A stretch of DNA of 64,000 nt from positions 8,184,001 through 8,248,000 of the forward strand of contig CM059432.1 of NCBI GenBank assembly GCA_030390025.1, given 5' to 3'. The position numbers and the translations under genes were made by a program. Below, piece by piece: positions 36,896 through 47,242 of this stretch. The notes below the pieces were generated by a model. That model worked only from the letters and a program-made list of their open reading frames with translations. It did no database searches and had not been told where the DNA came from. The stretch comes from Squalus acanthias (Eukaryota). The first letter of the stretch is position 1. Each line of letters starts with the position of its first letter.

Positions 36896-38431
36896 TATAA
36901 AGGATTCGGCCAATCTTGAATTCAGCACTGTGATTCTGAATTCTGAGCATTAGCCTCCCGCTAATTGCCCAAAATGCTTTCTCAAAATGACTTTCTTGAC
37001 ATATTTTTTATTAACTGAAATTTTGAATATTTGAAACAAGGGTTTAAACGAAATTAAAAATACTCAAAAATTAGATATTTCGTAATAATGTGAATACATT
37101 TATCCACTGAATTGTCTTTTGTGTCTTTTATTCATTCACGGGATGTGGGCGTTGCTGGCAAGGCCGGCATTTATTGCCCGTCCCTAATTGGTGGTGGTGG
37201 TGAGCCGCCTTCTTGAACCGCTGCAGTCCGTGTGGTGAAGGTGCTCCCACAGCGCTGTTAGGGAGGGAGTTCCTGGATTTTGACCCAGCGACGATGAAGG
37301 AACGGCCAATACATTTCCAAGTCAGGATGGTGTGTGACTTGGAGGGGAATTCAGAGGTGGTGGTGTTCCCATGCGCCTGCTGCCCTTGTCCTTCTAGGCG
37401 GTCGAGGTGCCGTCATTAAAGTTTGGATTTGAAGGCCTGAACTTCTTTCAAAAAAAAACCCTTGGCTTGGCCTTGATATTTTTGCTCAGAGCTGCGACTC
37501 TGGGCTAAATTTGGATTCTGCAGACTTAACATGTTAACAGGGAGTGAACCTTATCAGCCAGGATGTATCAGTACCAGCCAGTCAGCTGTACGTGAGGCAT
37601 TTTTCTGTTAACTTCTTGCACTTTCTGCTCAGTATCTCATCCTCAAATAATTTTGTATATCAACTGGGCAAATTTCAAAAGCCTTATGCCACCATAGGAA
37701 AACCTTGGTGTAATATATGCTAAAATGCCACCATTGAGTTAAACGTAACTCTCGTGGAGTTCATTTCGCAAAACAGGGCTGGGAAATGTAGACTGGGATT
37801 TTAGATGCAGTGTCTGAACAATTGTGCTTCAGCCAATGAAAGTTATTTTGGATGTTGTTCGCACCTATTCTGGCTGTGATTAGAATTCTGGTTCGCAATC
37901 TCGGCGTCCTATTTGACCCCGAGATGAGCTTCCGACCCACGACTGCTCCATCACCAAGACTGCATACTTCCACCTCCATAACATCGCCCGTCTCCACCCC
38001 TGCCTCAGCTCACCTCCTGCTGCGGTCTGCCCTGGCTCAGTGGGTAGCACTCTCGCCTCTGATCAGAAGATTATGGGGTAGAAATTAGGTCGCGCCCCAT
38101 TTGGGGCGCAAATATCGTCCGCGCGCAAATATTAGCGCCTGGCGCTAATTATCGGCACTGACAGGAAACTTCACTTTTACCGCCCCGGGAGGTGAGTGGA
38201 GCGCTAAATTAGGCGCTGCACACCTCTCTTAAGGCGCAAAGGCCTAGGAGTGAGGCGCTACCTCAGCGCACGAGCGCAGCACAGCTGCTGCCAGTTAGCG
38301 AGGGAACACAGACACACTGGCGCCGGACACTTCTTAAAGCGGGGGGGGCCACTTGCTCCCCAGCCACACCCTGCTCATTGCAGCCTTGAATCTCAGCCTG
38401 GAGAGACCTGTAATCCATTTTGCTGCCAAGC

Positions 38432-40395
38432 ATGGAGAGGGTGAGAGAACGCGCTCATCGCTTCACCGAGCGGGCCTTGGATGCTCTGGTTGACGCAGTG
38501 GAGCGCAGACGATGCATGCTGTTCCCGGAGAGTGGCAGGAGGCCTTTGCCACGCGAGTTCAGAAGAGTGTGGAGGGAGGTGGCTCAGAGCGTCTCCTCCA
38601 GGAGCATGGTGCCCAGGACCCATGTCCAGTGCCGCAAAAAGTTCAACGACCTCACTCGGGTCGTCAGGGTGAGTGGCTTTTTCTCAATACCTCTCCATCC
38701 CTCCATCTCAACCTCACTCTATGGCCAGAGGGTCTTAAAACCCCAATGCACAACACTCATCCAACACCTATGGCCCTTTCATCAAACACACACACACATT
38801 CCACACTTTGCATACAGTAAGGGCTATTCACCTATGGGAGGCACATCAGGCAAGACCATGGCTGCATACAGTAAGGGCTATTCACCTATGGGAGGCACAT
38901 CAGGCAAGACCATGGCTGCATATTGTAAGGGCTATTCACCTATGGGAGGCACATCAGGCAAGACCATGGCTGTATATTGACTCAGATGCTGTCCTTTTTC
39001 TTGCAGGCTAAGCTGGCTCATAATCGGAGACAGCAGCAACGGACGGGTGGAGGGCGGCTTCAGCTGCAACCCCTCAGCGATCTGGAGGAGCGCGTCCACA
39101 GGATTGTGGCAAGCCGGGTGATCGGTCCCGTCGCCACTGGAGACGCCGACCCCGTTGTGGACAGCAATGGTAAGGTCATCACCTTTTTGTCCTCTGTCCT
39201 TCCACTTGTCCCTCACAATACCAGCCTTTGACACTTTCAATCCAACTTGCTAACTCGCTGCACTTATTCCTCCCTTACTGCCACCCTGTCCTCACGCTAA
39301 AGCCACTCTTGTACCTCCCTGCTTTCAGATGGTGATTCACCAGCTGAGGAGATGGTCCCTGAAGCTGCCACTGGGAGTGATGCTGCAGCTGAGGAGGAAG
39401 AGGAAGCCGGAGCATCAGTGCCACCCTCTCCCGAGGAAGCCCATGGCCACACTGGGAACACGCCTTCCCCGGAGGGGAGCAGGGGGGAAGGGGCTGATGA
39501 TGGTGAAGTTCCAGGACCCAGCGGGCTGCAGCAACGCCATTGGGGGGGGAGGGAAGAACGGGGGAGCAGGGGGGAAGGGGCTGATGATGGTGAAGTTCCA
39601 GGACCCAGCGGGCTGCAGCAACGCCATGGGGGGTGGAGGGAAGAACGGGAGCCTTCTCCCCAGAGGGAGAGTATGCCAGACACTCCTAATGCAATGGACG
39701 CAGAGGAGGAGCGGCTGATTGCAGAAATGAACAGCCAGGCGGTGGTCATGCACACTGAGCTCATGGGTGCAGTGGGAAGGGTGCCCGAATGCATTGAGGC
39801 ACTGGCAAGGAGTGTGGAGCACTTCGCTGTAGCACAGGCGGATGCCACACTAAAGCTTACTGCTGCAATTCAGTCACTGGCTGCCAGGAACCCATCTGAG
39901 CCTGCTCTCATGCAGACTCAGATTGAGGCCACGCGAGCACTGACTGCTGCCATCCTCGATGGTTCGTGCACATGTCCCCGGGGCTGTCACCGCGCCGCAG
40001 CAGGCCAGCAATCTGTTCTCCAGCAAATTGCTCCGGATGCTGAAGTGCTGCCCCGTGGGAGTGCCAGTGTGTCGGGCGAGCAGGGAGTTGCTGTCCTCTC
40101 TCACGATGACAGCATTCCTGCTGCCAACACTGTCACTTCTCCACTGCACTTGCCACCGCCTGTAGGACAGACTGCTGCCGCCCATGCAGAGTTGGTGCAG
40201 TCTGCAGCCGGGCCCTCCAGGCCCAGAAGTGGTCGAGGCCGTCCTTCAGGGGCATCTGCAGTGTCAGGGTCTGACAAGCAGCAGCCTTCCACCAGCCTTG
40301 CTGCAGCCACTGAGGTCCCATTACGGAGGAGCAGTAGGGTTAGAAGGGGGGAAGTGCGCAAGGGAAGGAGATCACCCTCGAAGGGCAAAAAGTAG
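38432..40395 (+). CDS. Harbinger Myb/SANT-like protein, exons 38432-38668, 39007-39169, 39329-40395 (488 aa predicted)
   Basis: GT-AG sites are conserved with copy 1 and the spliced length of 1467 nt is in frame. Myb/SANT domain, RTGGG motif and basic C-terminus. Confidence 0.82.
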
Positions 40396-40689
40396 GAGGT
40401 GTGCCAAAATGCTGGTCATTTTTTTATTAAAGGCCGAGGTTCATGGCCCAACTTTTGTTTAGTGTTTTGGACATTATCTCCAGGTTGTGAGAACCAGTTA
40501 TGTTATTGACTGTTTTTTTGTGTTTATTTCTATGAGTTTGTCATGAGGAATTGACACACACAGAGTTTGTACAATAAATAAGTTTCTGTATTCAAAATAT
40601 ACATGGCTGGTGGTTGGAATTATTGGTGCCTTGGCCGGCTTAGGGGTTGCGTGCTGGGTTGATTCGTGTTTGTAGCACTGGCAGGGGCC

Positions 40690-41850
40690 CTAGAAGCGGC
40701 TTGCTATTAGTCGTTGACGGACGGCCCTTGCAGTTTGACCATTGTGGGCCGCCCTCCTGCCTTGGTGCTGCTGCTGATCATCGTCCTCGGCCTGTTCCTC
40801 CTCTTCCTCCTCCTCCTCTTGTGGTGCTGCAAGGCCTGGTGGCATTGGCTGCGTCCTGAGGATTGCCATGTTGTGCAACATGCAGCACACCACTACGAAT
40901 TTGGAAACTTGCTCAGGCGAGTACTGCAGGGCTCCTCCGGAATGGTCCAGACAGCGGAATCGTTGTTTGAGCACGCCGATTGTGCGCTCAATAATGTTCC
41001 TCGTTGCTTGTTGGCTTTCCTGGTACCGCAGCTCAGCAGGGGTGTTTGGCGCACGGAGCGGTGTCATCAGCCAGGTGCTCAATGCGTACCCCTTGTCCCC
41101 CAGAAGCCAACCAACTGGCTGATGCGGTGCCTCGAAAATTTCTGCCACAGTACTCTGGCGCAGGATGAAAGCATCGTGGCAGCTGCCCGGATAGTGGGCA
41201 TTGACAGCGAGAATCACCTGTCTGTGGTCACAGACCAACTGCACATTCAAGGAATGGAACCCCTTTCTGTTCCGGAACTCCTCTGCATTCTCTCGTGGAG
41301 CACGCAAAGCCACATGCGTGCAGTCAATGGCGCCCTGCACCATGGGGAAGCCCGCTACCCTCGCAAAGCCCATAGCACGGTCATGCTGCTTGTCTGGGGT
41401 CATAGGGAAGGAGATGAAGTCTCGTCTCCTTGTGAAGAGGGCATTGGTGACCTGCCGGATGCAGCGATGCACCGCAAACTGGGAGATATTGGCGAGGTCC
41501 CCAACAGCAGCTTGGAATGAGCCAGTGGCGTAGAAGTTCAAAGCCACTGTGACCTTCACTGCCACCGACAGAGACGTCCTGGACCTCAGCTGAGGCTGCA
41601 GATCTGGCTGCAGCAGGTGGCAGAGCTCAGTGACCACCTCCTTGCTGAATCGCAGCCTTCGCAAACACAGCTCCTCGGACATGTGGATGTAGGAGAGCTG
41701 TTCACGATATACCCTGGGAGGGTAAGCTCTCCTGTACATGCGCCTGATGGGCCTCCTCCGTCTGGCCATCATTGCCACTCTCTGTCTGCGTCTCACTCTC
41801 CTCCGATTGAGCTGGAGCAGGACGACGCCCCCAATCATTGCAGCCCCCAT
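40690..41850 (-). CDS. HARBI1-like DDE transposase, 386 aa
   Basis: GAIDCTH, HDAFIL, LLGDKGY, IERTIGVLKQRFRCL, CCMLHN, acidic tail, RQRLIASRF. Confidence 0.93.
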   Translation of the reverse strand: MGAAMIGGVVLLQLNRRRVRRRQRVAMMARRRRPIRRMYRRAYPPRVYREQLSYIHMSEELCLRRLRFSKEVVTELCHLLQPDLQPQLRSRTSLSVAVKVTVALNFYATGSFQAAVGDLANISQFAVHRCIRQVTNALFTRRRDFISFPMTPDKQHDRAMGFARVAGFPMVQGAIDCTHVALRAPRENAEEFRNRKGFHSLNVQLVCDHRQVILAVNAHYPGSCHDAFILRQSTVAEIFEAPHQPVGWLLGDKGYALSTWLMTPLRAPNTPAELRYQESQQATRNIIERTIGVLKQRFRCLDHSGGALQYSPEQVSKFVVVCCMLHNMAILRTQPMPPGLAAPQEEEEEEEEQAEDDDQQQHQGRRAAHNGQTARAVRQRLIASRF

Positions 41851-42514
41851 ATTCTCTTTGCCAGAAAAGTAATGAGGTACAGCAACGAAAGTAGCAGCAA
41901 AGTTAGGATGAACTAGGCAAAACTACCTCACAAAGCGTTGAGTCAATGTAGAAGTCTCTCTCTCTCTCTCTCCGAATCTCTCTCTCTCTCTCAGAACGAG
42001 TGGTGCATAAATGTCGACCACAGAAAAAGACAGGAAGAGGCCCCCTTTAAATAGCGCCCCCCCCAGCCCCACACCGATTGATAACGTTCCAGTCTTCCGG
42101 TCGTTGGAAGCGCCAGGCGGTAAGGCAGGGGGCGCCACTCAATTTCCGCTCCGGGGCGCCCCAAGGGCGTTGCACCACGGAATGACGTCACAATCTGCGT
42201 GCGCAGGTGGTCGCAGCGGTAAGTTTTAGCGCCGCCGCACAATCTCAAGTTAAGTTCTCGAGCGGCGCAAACAGCGCTGCGCCCGGGCGTTAGCGCCTTA
42301 ACGCCCCATTAGCGCCCATTTAAGGCGCTAACGGGAGGCGCAACCAACTGAATTTTTACCCCTATAGGTTTAAATCTCACTCTGTAGACTTTAGCAGAAA
42401 AAATCTAGGCCGACACTCCGAGTGCAGTGCTGAGGGAGTGCTGCACTGTCGGAGGTGCCGTCTTTTGGATGAGACGTTAAACCGAGGCCCTGTCTGCTCT
42501 CTCTCAAGTGGATG

Positions 42515-44149
42515 TGTAAGGGGTGACCTGTGGCTCTGTGCTTAGCCTGGGTGCTAGTGCGGGGTTAGGCCCTGTTGCCTGCTCTGGTCTCCAGCCAGCC
42601 TGGTAACACTAGACACCTGTGAGTGGTTCGACCCACTCGCCCTTACGGTTCTGACACTGGACTTAGGTGCGAGAGCAATAATGCAGAGAAGACTCAGGTA
42701 GACCCGGTTGAATAGTGCGAAATGGAAAATCTTTATTGCATATTATTCAAGATTACGAGATACATGTCATAAGCACAGATTAACGACAGTACAATCTTAC
42801 ACACAGTTATGAAACTAATTTTAGGGAAACGAGGAGCGCACGACACATCGTAAAAGGGGATACACATTATAATTATCCTTAAAACTTAAACCCTCCCCTA
42901 TTAATACCTGTCCTAATCTAGATTTGTAGGATCGAGACTCATGCTCACCACTCGTGATAACTCGGAGAATTCCAAAACTCTGCTCGGATGTTTTTACCGC
43001 AGCACCTGACTATCCACGTGTTGATCAGGGGTCTCTGTACCCCACTTGTTTACTCGTTTCTGCTCCGGCTAGCAGGCTAGACCGTCTGCTGTCATGAAGA
43101 TCTGTGTTGTCCTCGGAGTTCTGATACTACTCAAAAAAGAGTCTTCCTGTGCCCTACACCGGTTCGGTAGAACTCGAAGAAGGATCTTCCTGGGCCAGTT
43201 GTGGAGTAGCCGATAAAATTCAAAGAAGTGTTTATTCGACTTACAGGCGCGGTCGGGGCTTACTGACCGTGGCGATGCGTATTGTTGTCTTCTTCTCTTC
43301 TCATCTCATCTCATCTCATCTCATCTCCTCTCGGGCCTTCGGTTCCAACACCGTTTACTGACTCCTCGGGATGGTGCGCCCGCCTCCAGGCCTCACAGCC
43401 CAGTTCTCCACAGATCTTCGCGGCAAGCCACGAGGTTGATCCTAGCGGATCAGAGTCCAGAGCTGTCAGGCAAGAGAATAAAAGTTCAGCAGTCTTCCAG
43501 CGAGTCAGAGCAGCAAGAGAAAGATGGACGATTGTACTTTACAGTTATAGTGCTGTAATTCCTCTTTTCCCGCCCAATCTTAATGTCTATCTTTTGTCAG
43601 GTTTTTGGCGCTCAAACTTCTTGTATGGGGTGATCTCAGTCTTTAATGGGTTTCGGTGATACTTGTAACTGTCTGAGTACCCGTTAATATTTCTCCCATT
43701 GTGGAACCGGCTAGTAGTCTCCCTGGAGGGGTTTTGGGGCTTCCAAATGCTTACTGTGAGTACCCGCAAACGGCTCTCTCATCGTAGAGTCATGGGGATT
43801 TTGCATATTAATGTCTTTGGATGGGTCCTTGATCGCTCAGTACAATAGCCCTTGTTTGCACCTGGGAGACCGATTTCAGTATTCATGTTTAAAGTGTAAA
43901 CCCATCGCGTCTTGTCATTATCTCATCATGTTGGATCTTTTCGATCTTGCACAAATGTTTATTGGAAACGCCATCTTGTCTGCCTACTGAAAGTCTAGAA
44001 CTTTCTGCCACGAGGCGTGGTGGCCATTTTACAGGCTGTTTGTGTCCGTTTTGAAACCTGACAGCATTCTGCTGAAATAAAGCTGTTTATACGAAACTTT
44101 ATGTCTCCTTCTTATTTTTATAAAATCGCATAATTTTGGGAATTCTACA
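42515..44149 (-). repeat. 3' LTR (1635 bp)
   Basis: Direct repeat of 50167-51800 with roughly 20-25 differences by eye. Minus-strand AATAAA at 42732-42737 and an internal (TCTCA)n tract. Confidence 0.95.
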
Positions 44150-44161
44150 GTCCCTCCTGTT
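44150..44161 (-). promoter_or_regulatory. Polypurine tract
   Basis: AACAGGAGGGAC immediately precedes the TGTAG start of the 3' LTR on the minus strand. Confidence 0.75.
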
Positions 44162-44594
44162 GATGCGAATAACTCCGCTTATCGTATCAAAAACATTGTG
44201 GTGAGCAATATTATCTCGATTCTCCATATCTAAAATTCCCATAACTTAAAACTATCTAGGGTCTCCGTGTCGTCCTTATTTCCCAGGAAAACTACATTCT
44301 TATAACACCATAGGCAGCATTTGCCTTTAACTTACACCGCGTGTATTTCCTTCCAGGTGTAACCAGGCCGATGCCTCTCGCACCACCTGCATATGCATAT
44401 TTTTTTATTCAAGGAAAAAGAAAAACAAAAACAACCAAACAATCATATTCAACAACACCAAATCAAAATAATCAAAACCAACTCTTAAATATGTAGAGTT
44501 CCAAACTTAATTACAGTTTCTGAGAAAAATCACGATCGATTACAACAATTCCGAGGCGCACGTGGAAAAACTGGAGTGACGCCATTTTGTCTGT

Positions 44595-46946
44595 TTACGT
44601 GGTGCTTTCATCGTGCACGCGCACGTAACGTTCTCGCCACTCTCCCGTGTTTTCGTTCTTGGTGAGGCGTTTACCTCTCTTACAATGCACGACCAATAAG
44701 TATATCACAATAAACACTTGGCATATAACTAAAATGTGGGAGGCTATTCTAATCCAGGAAGGCACTTCAATGTTGGTGAACAGATCCCACCACGGTGGAA
44801 TTCCTATGTCTAGAATTTCTGTCCCTATCTCGACAGTCTTTTGTTCTAGGGTGTAAAAATGTTTTTGCGATACCGCGACGGCTTTCAAAAGCTTGGTGGG
44901 GTGTTCAGGGAGAGGGGGAATGAGGTATCCGAAATGCGCGACGAATCGCTGCAAGTCGGTGAAGTTCTCTTTTACTGTAAGATGAACAGTGGATGGTTCA
45001 GGGATCGGGACAATTCGCTGTTGTGCCACTTGAACTTCCGCCCTGGGTTTAAAGCAGAAACTGCTGTCACTCACCGGACACCGGCTACGGTTTCCATGCT
45101 GGTAGTGTTGCGCTGCAGTGGTAACACAATATGTTCCACCCCCGATGTATGCTACCTGCGGAGGCACATGATCTTGTGCCATTGCCTCCATGGTGCAATT
45201 CATGGGCTTGGCGCCAGCCGTTCTGAACCCGCACTGTGGTGTTAAAAAGGCATTCAAGTGCTGGGGACACAGTATTATGTGTGCTCCCCGGCCACGACAA
45301 CCAGAGAGATCTGTACCTGTCATCGTTTGCTCCCAGCGTATGACGTAAGATGGAACCGCTGCATAGCGAATGTGGGCTCCCCCCTGAATGACACCAATGT
45401 TCTCTACCCGATACACCGGGGCAGGCTTTGCTGTGTCGCCCAAAACCGGTATACGTAATACTATACCCATGATGGTGTGGTTTGATCGTCCGCAGTCCAC
45501 GGGGACTGGGTATGCTTCTGAAGCTAGCCTGAGCTGGCACGGGCTTAATGCGTTCTGAAAAGGGTGGAGCGCCTGCAGGTGTTTGTTACTTATCCAGGAC
45601 GGGACCAAACCTTGTTTTAAATCCTCCAAATTACTGCGGCCCTCGCCCAGTAACCACGCCCCGTAAAGCACGCACACCTCATTCTGCGCAGCCTGATCGG
45701 ACGCATTACGATCTTCCCTGATCAGGGCATTTACCGTGCGCGCATGTTTCTCTAGTTCAGCTATTATTTCCTTTAAGTGTAGCGTCATGGCCTGGTCCTC
45801 ATGTAACCCAGACCCAACCATCTTATTTTCATCTGTGAGAATGTTCTTCAATTGTGTTTTTAAGCCATTAATCTGGGTCTGCAGCTCCACACTGTCTAGA
45901 GCGTTGACCACAGATGTACCTGTATTGAAAGCAGTGAACATGTCGTTCACAACACCCCTTCTTTGTCTCCCCACCTGACCCAAAACTTCATGTGGTGCGG
46001 TGTACAAACTTGTTTTATCAATTTCCGCGAAATCGAACTCATAAAATTGCCTAAACATCTTGGTCAACAGGATCTGATATAACTGTTCCGTCTCTTTGGG
46101 GCACCACTCCGGCAACCGCACCTCGGTGAGGTTTAAAATCACTGAGGCCACCGCGTAATGTACCCCCTGAAATAGTATCTGGTCTGTAGGGACCAATACC
46201 AAACCATTCCCGGGTCCCTTACTGGTTTTTGGGCACCCTTCTTCCTTAGCTAGAACCACCGGAATCGTGGGCGGGGCCTTGCGTGGGCGCGTAATGAGTT
46301 CAGTGGCATTTACCGGGATCGGAGAGTATGGAGCTCCGCACCCCCTGGTGCTCGCATCCCACCTCATCCCCTGCCCGTTATCCTGCCACTGATTGATGAA
46401 AAATATGGAGATGCCTTTGGGGCAAACGTGCTTTGACTCCCACATACATACATAAATTCCCTCATCCGGTTCCCACCATTTGTCCCAACAGACTCTCACT
46501 TGTCCGTTTGTCCCCGTAATTGTCCGATGGGTATTATTACCCAGTCGCTCCCACTCGACCGAAGAGTTCCTCATGTTTTTGCTCAGCTTTCGCAGCCACC
46601 ACCATCGGCTCAATGGGACATTCCCATTACAAGTCAAACAAATCCGTTTGCCGACGGTGACGCTGACTCTGGGTGCGATGATCCTCACTTTGGGGCACAT
46701 TAAAGAAGTCTCTTTGTAGGCAAAACCCGATGTACTGGAATACTCAGTGGAATTCGTTCCCAGCCATCCTGGCCACCTTCCCTTGTGGAAATAGGTGGTG
46801 GTATCCTTAGCCTCTCGCCTTCCGGTCCCATCCATCGCGATGGGGGCCATGTCCCCGGAGCATCCAAACACCACGACATCCTTGGTGCGGCCTCGATAGG
46901 CCAGTCCACATCCGATTGCCGCGAGCACTACTAGAATCCGTTCCAT
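44595..46946 (-). CDS. Envelope-like type I glycoprotein (ORF open from 47105; probable start at 46946)
   Basis: Signal peptide MERILVVLAAIGCGLA, Ig-like domain, furin site RQRR (45957-45968), putative fusion peptide and heptad repeat, Cys-rich region, N-glycosylation sequons, TM IASHILVICQVFIVIYLLVV and a short tail. Confidence 0.88.
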   Translation of the reverse strand: MERILVVLAAIGCGLAYRGRTKDVVVFGCSGDMAPIAMDGTGRREAKDTTTYFHKGRWPGWLGTNSTEYSSTSGFAYKETSLMCPKVRIIAPRVSVTVGKRICLTCNGNVPLSRWWWLRKLSKNMRNSSVEWERLGNNTHRTITGTNGQVRVCWDKWWEPDEGIYVCMWESKHVCPKGISIFFINQWQDNGQGMRWDASTRGCGAPYSPIPVNATELITRPRKAPPTIPVVLAKEEGCPKTSKGPGNGLVLVPTDQILFQGVHYAVASVILNLTEVRLPEWCPKETEQLYQILLTKMFRQFYEFDFAEIDKTSLYTAPHEVLGQVGRQRRGVVNDMFTAFNTGTSVVNALDSVELQTQINGLKTQLKNILTDENKMVGSGLHEDQAMTLHLKEIIAELEKHARTVNALIREDRNASDQAAQNEVCVLYGAWLLGEGRSNLEDLKQGLVPSWISNKHLQALHPFQNALSPCQLRLASEAYPVPVDCGRSNHTIMGIVLRIPVLGDTAKPAPVYRVENIGVIQGGAHIRYAAVPSYVIRWEQTMTGTDLSGCRGRGAHIILCPQHLNAFLTPQCGFRTAGAKPMNCTMEAMAQDHVPPQVAYIGGGTYCVTTAAQHYQHGNRSRCPVSDSSFCFKPRAEVQVAQQRIVPIPEPSTVHLTVKENFTDLQRFVAHFGYLIPPLPEHPTKLLKAVAVSQKHFYTLEQKTVEIGTEILDIGIPPWWDLFTNIEVPSWIRIASHILVICQVFIVIYLLVVHCKRGKRLTKNENTGEWRERYVRVHDESTT

Positions 46947-47242
46947 CCTTCCTTGGTTCCTGTGATCAGATAGAATGAGGTAGCCAGCCTCCCAAGAGTC
47001 TCTGGCTTTTGTGAAGGGTGAGCGGGTCCCCTGACCTCGCCTCACGTAAGAAGACATGTGCGCTGGATAGACTTTAACTATTCCTATCTCTAAAACTCCC
47101 ATCATTTTACCATTTTCTGTTAAAAACCTTAAACTACAAACTTAACCTGATTTAAGAACTATAAACTTGAACTTACAAAACTTATCAACTTATCACTTAT
47201 CTTAATAACTGTACAGTGCCGCCCGTTCCCAGGGCGGCCTAC

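Larger units (their letters stand above)
38075..42362. mobile_element. Harbinger/PIF DNA transposon, copy 2 (full length, both genes apparently intact)
   Basis: TAT TSD (38072-38074 and 42363-42365), TIR GGGGTA(G/A)AAATT, and convergent Myb and transposase genes. Confidence 0.95.

Noticed and set aside
43149..43769. 70-125 aa ORFs inside the LTR, duplicated at 50801-51421
   Set aside because: The duplication reflects LTR identity. They include a (TCTCA)n tract and no recognisable domains.
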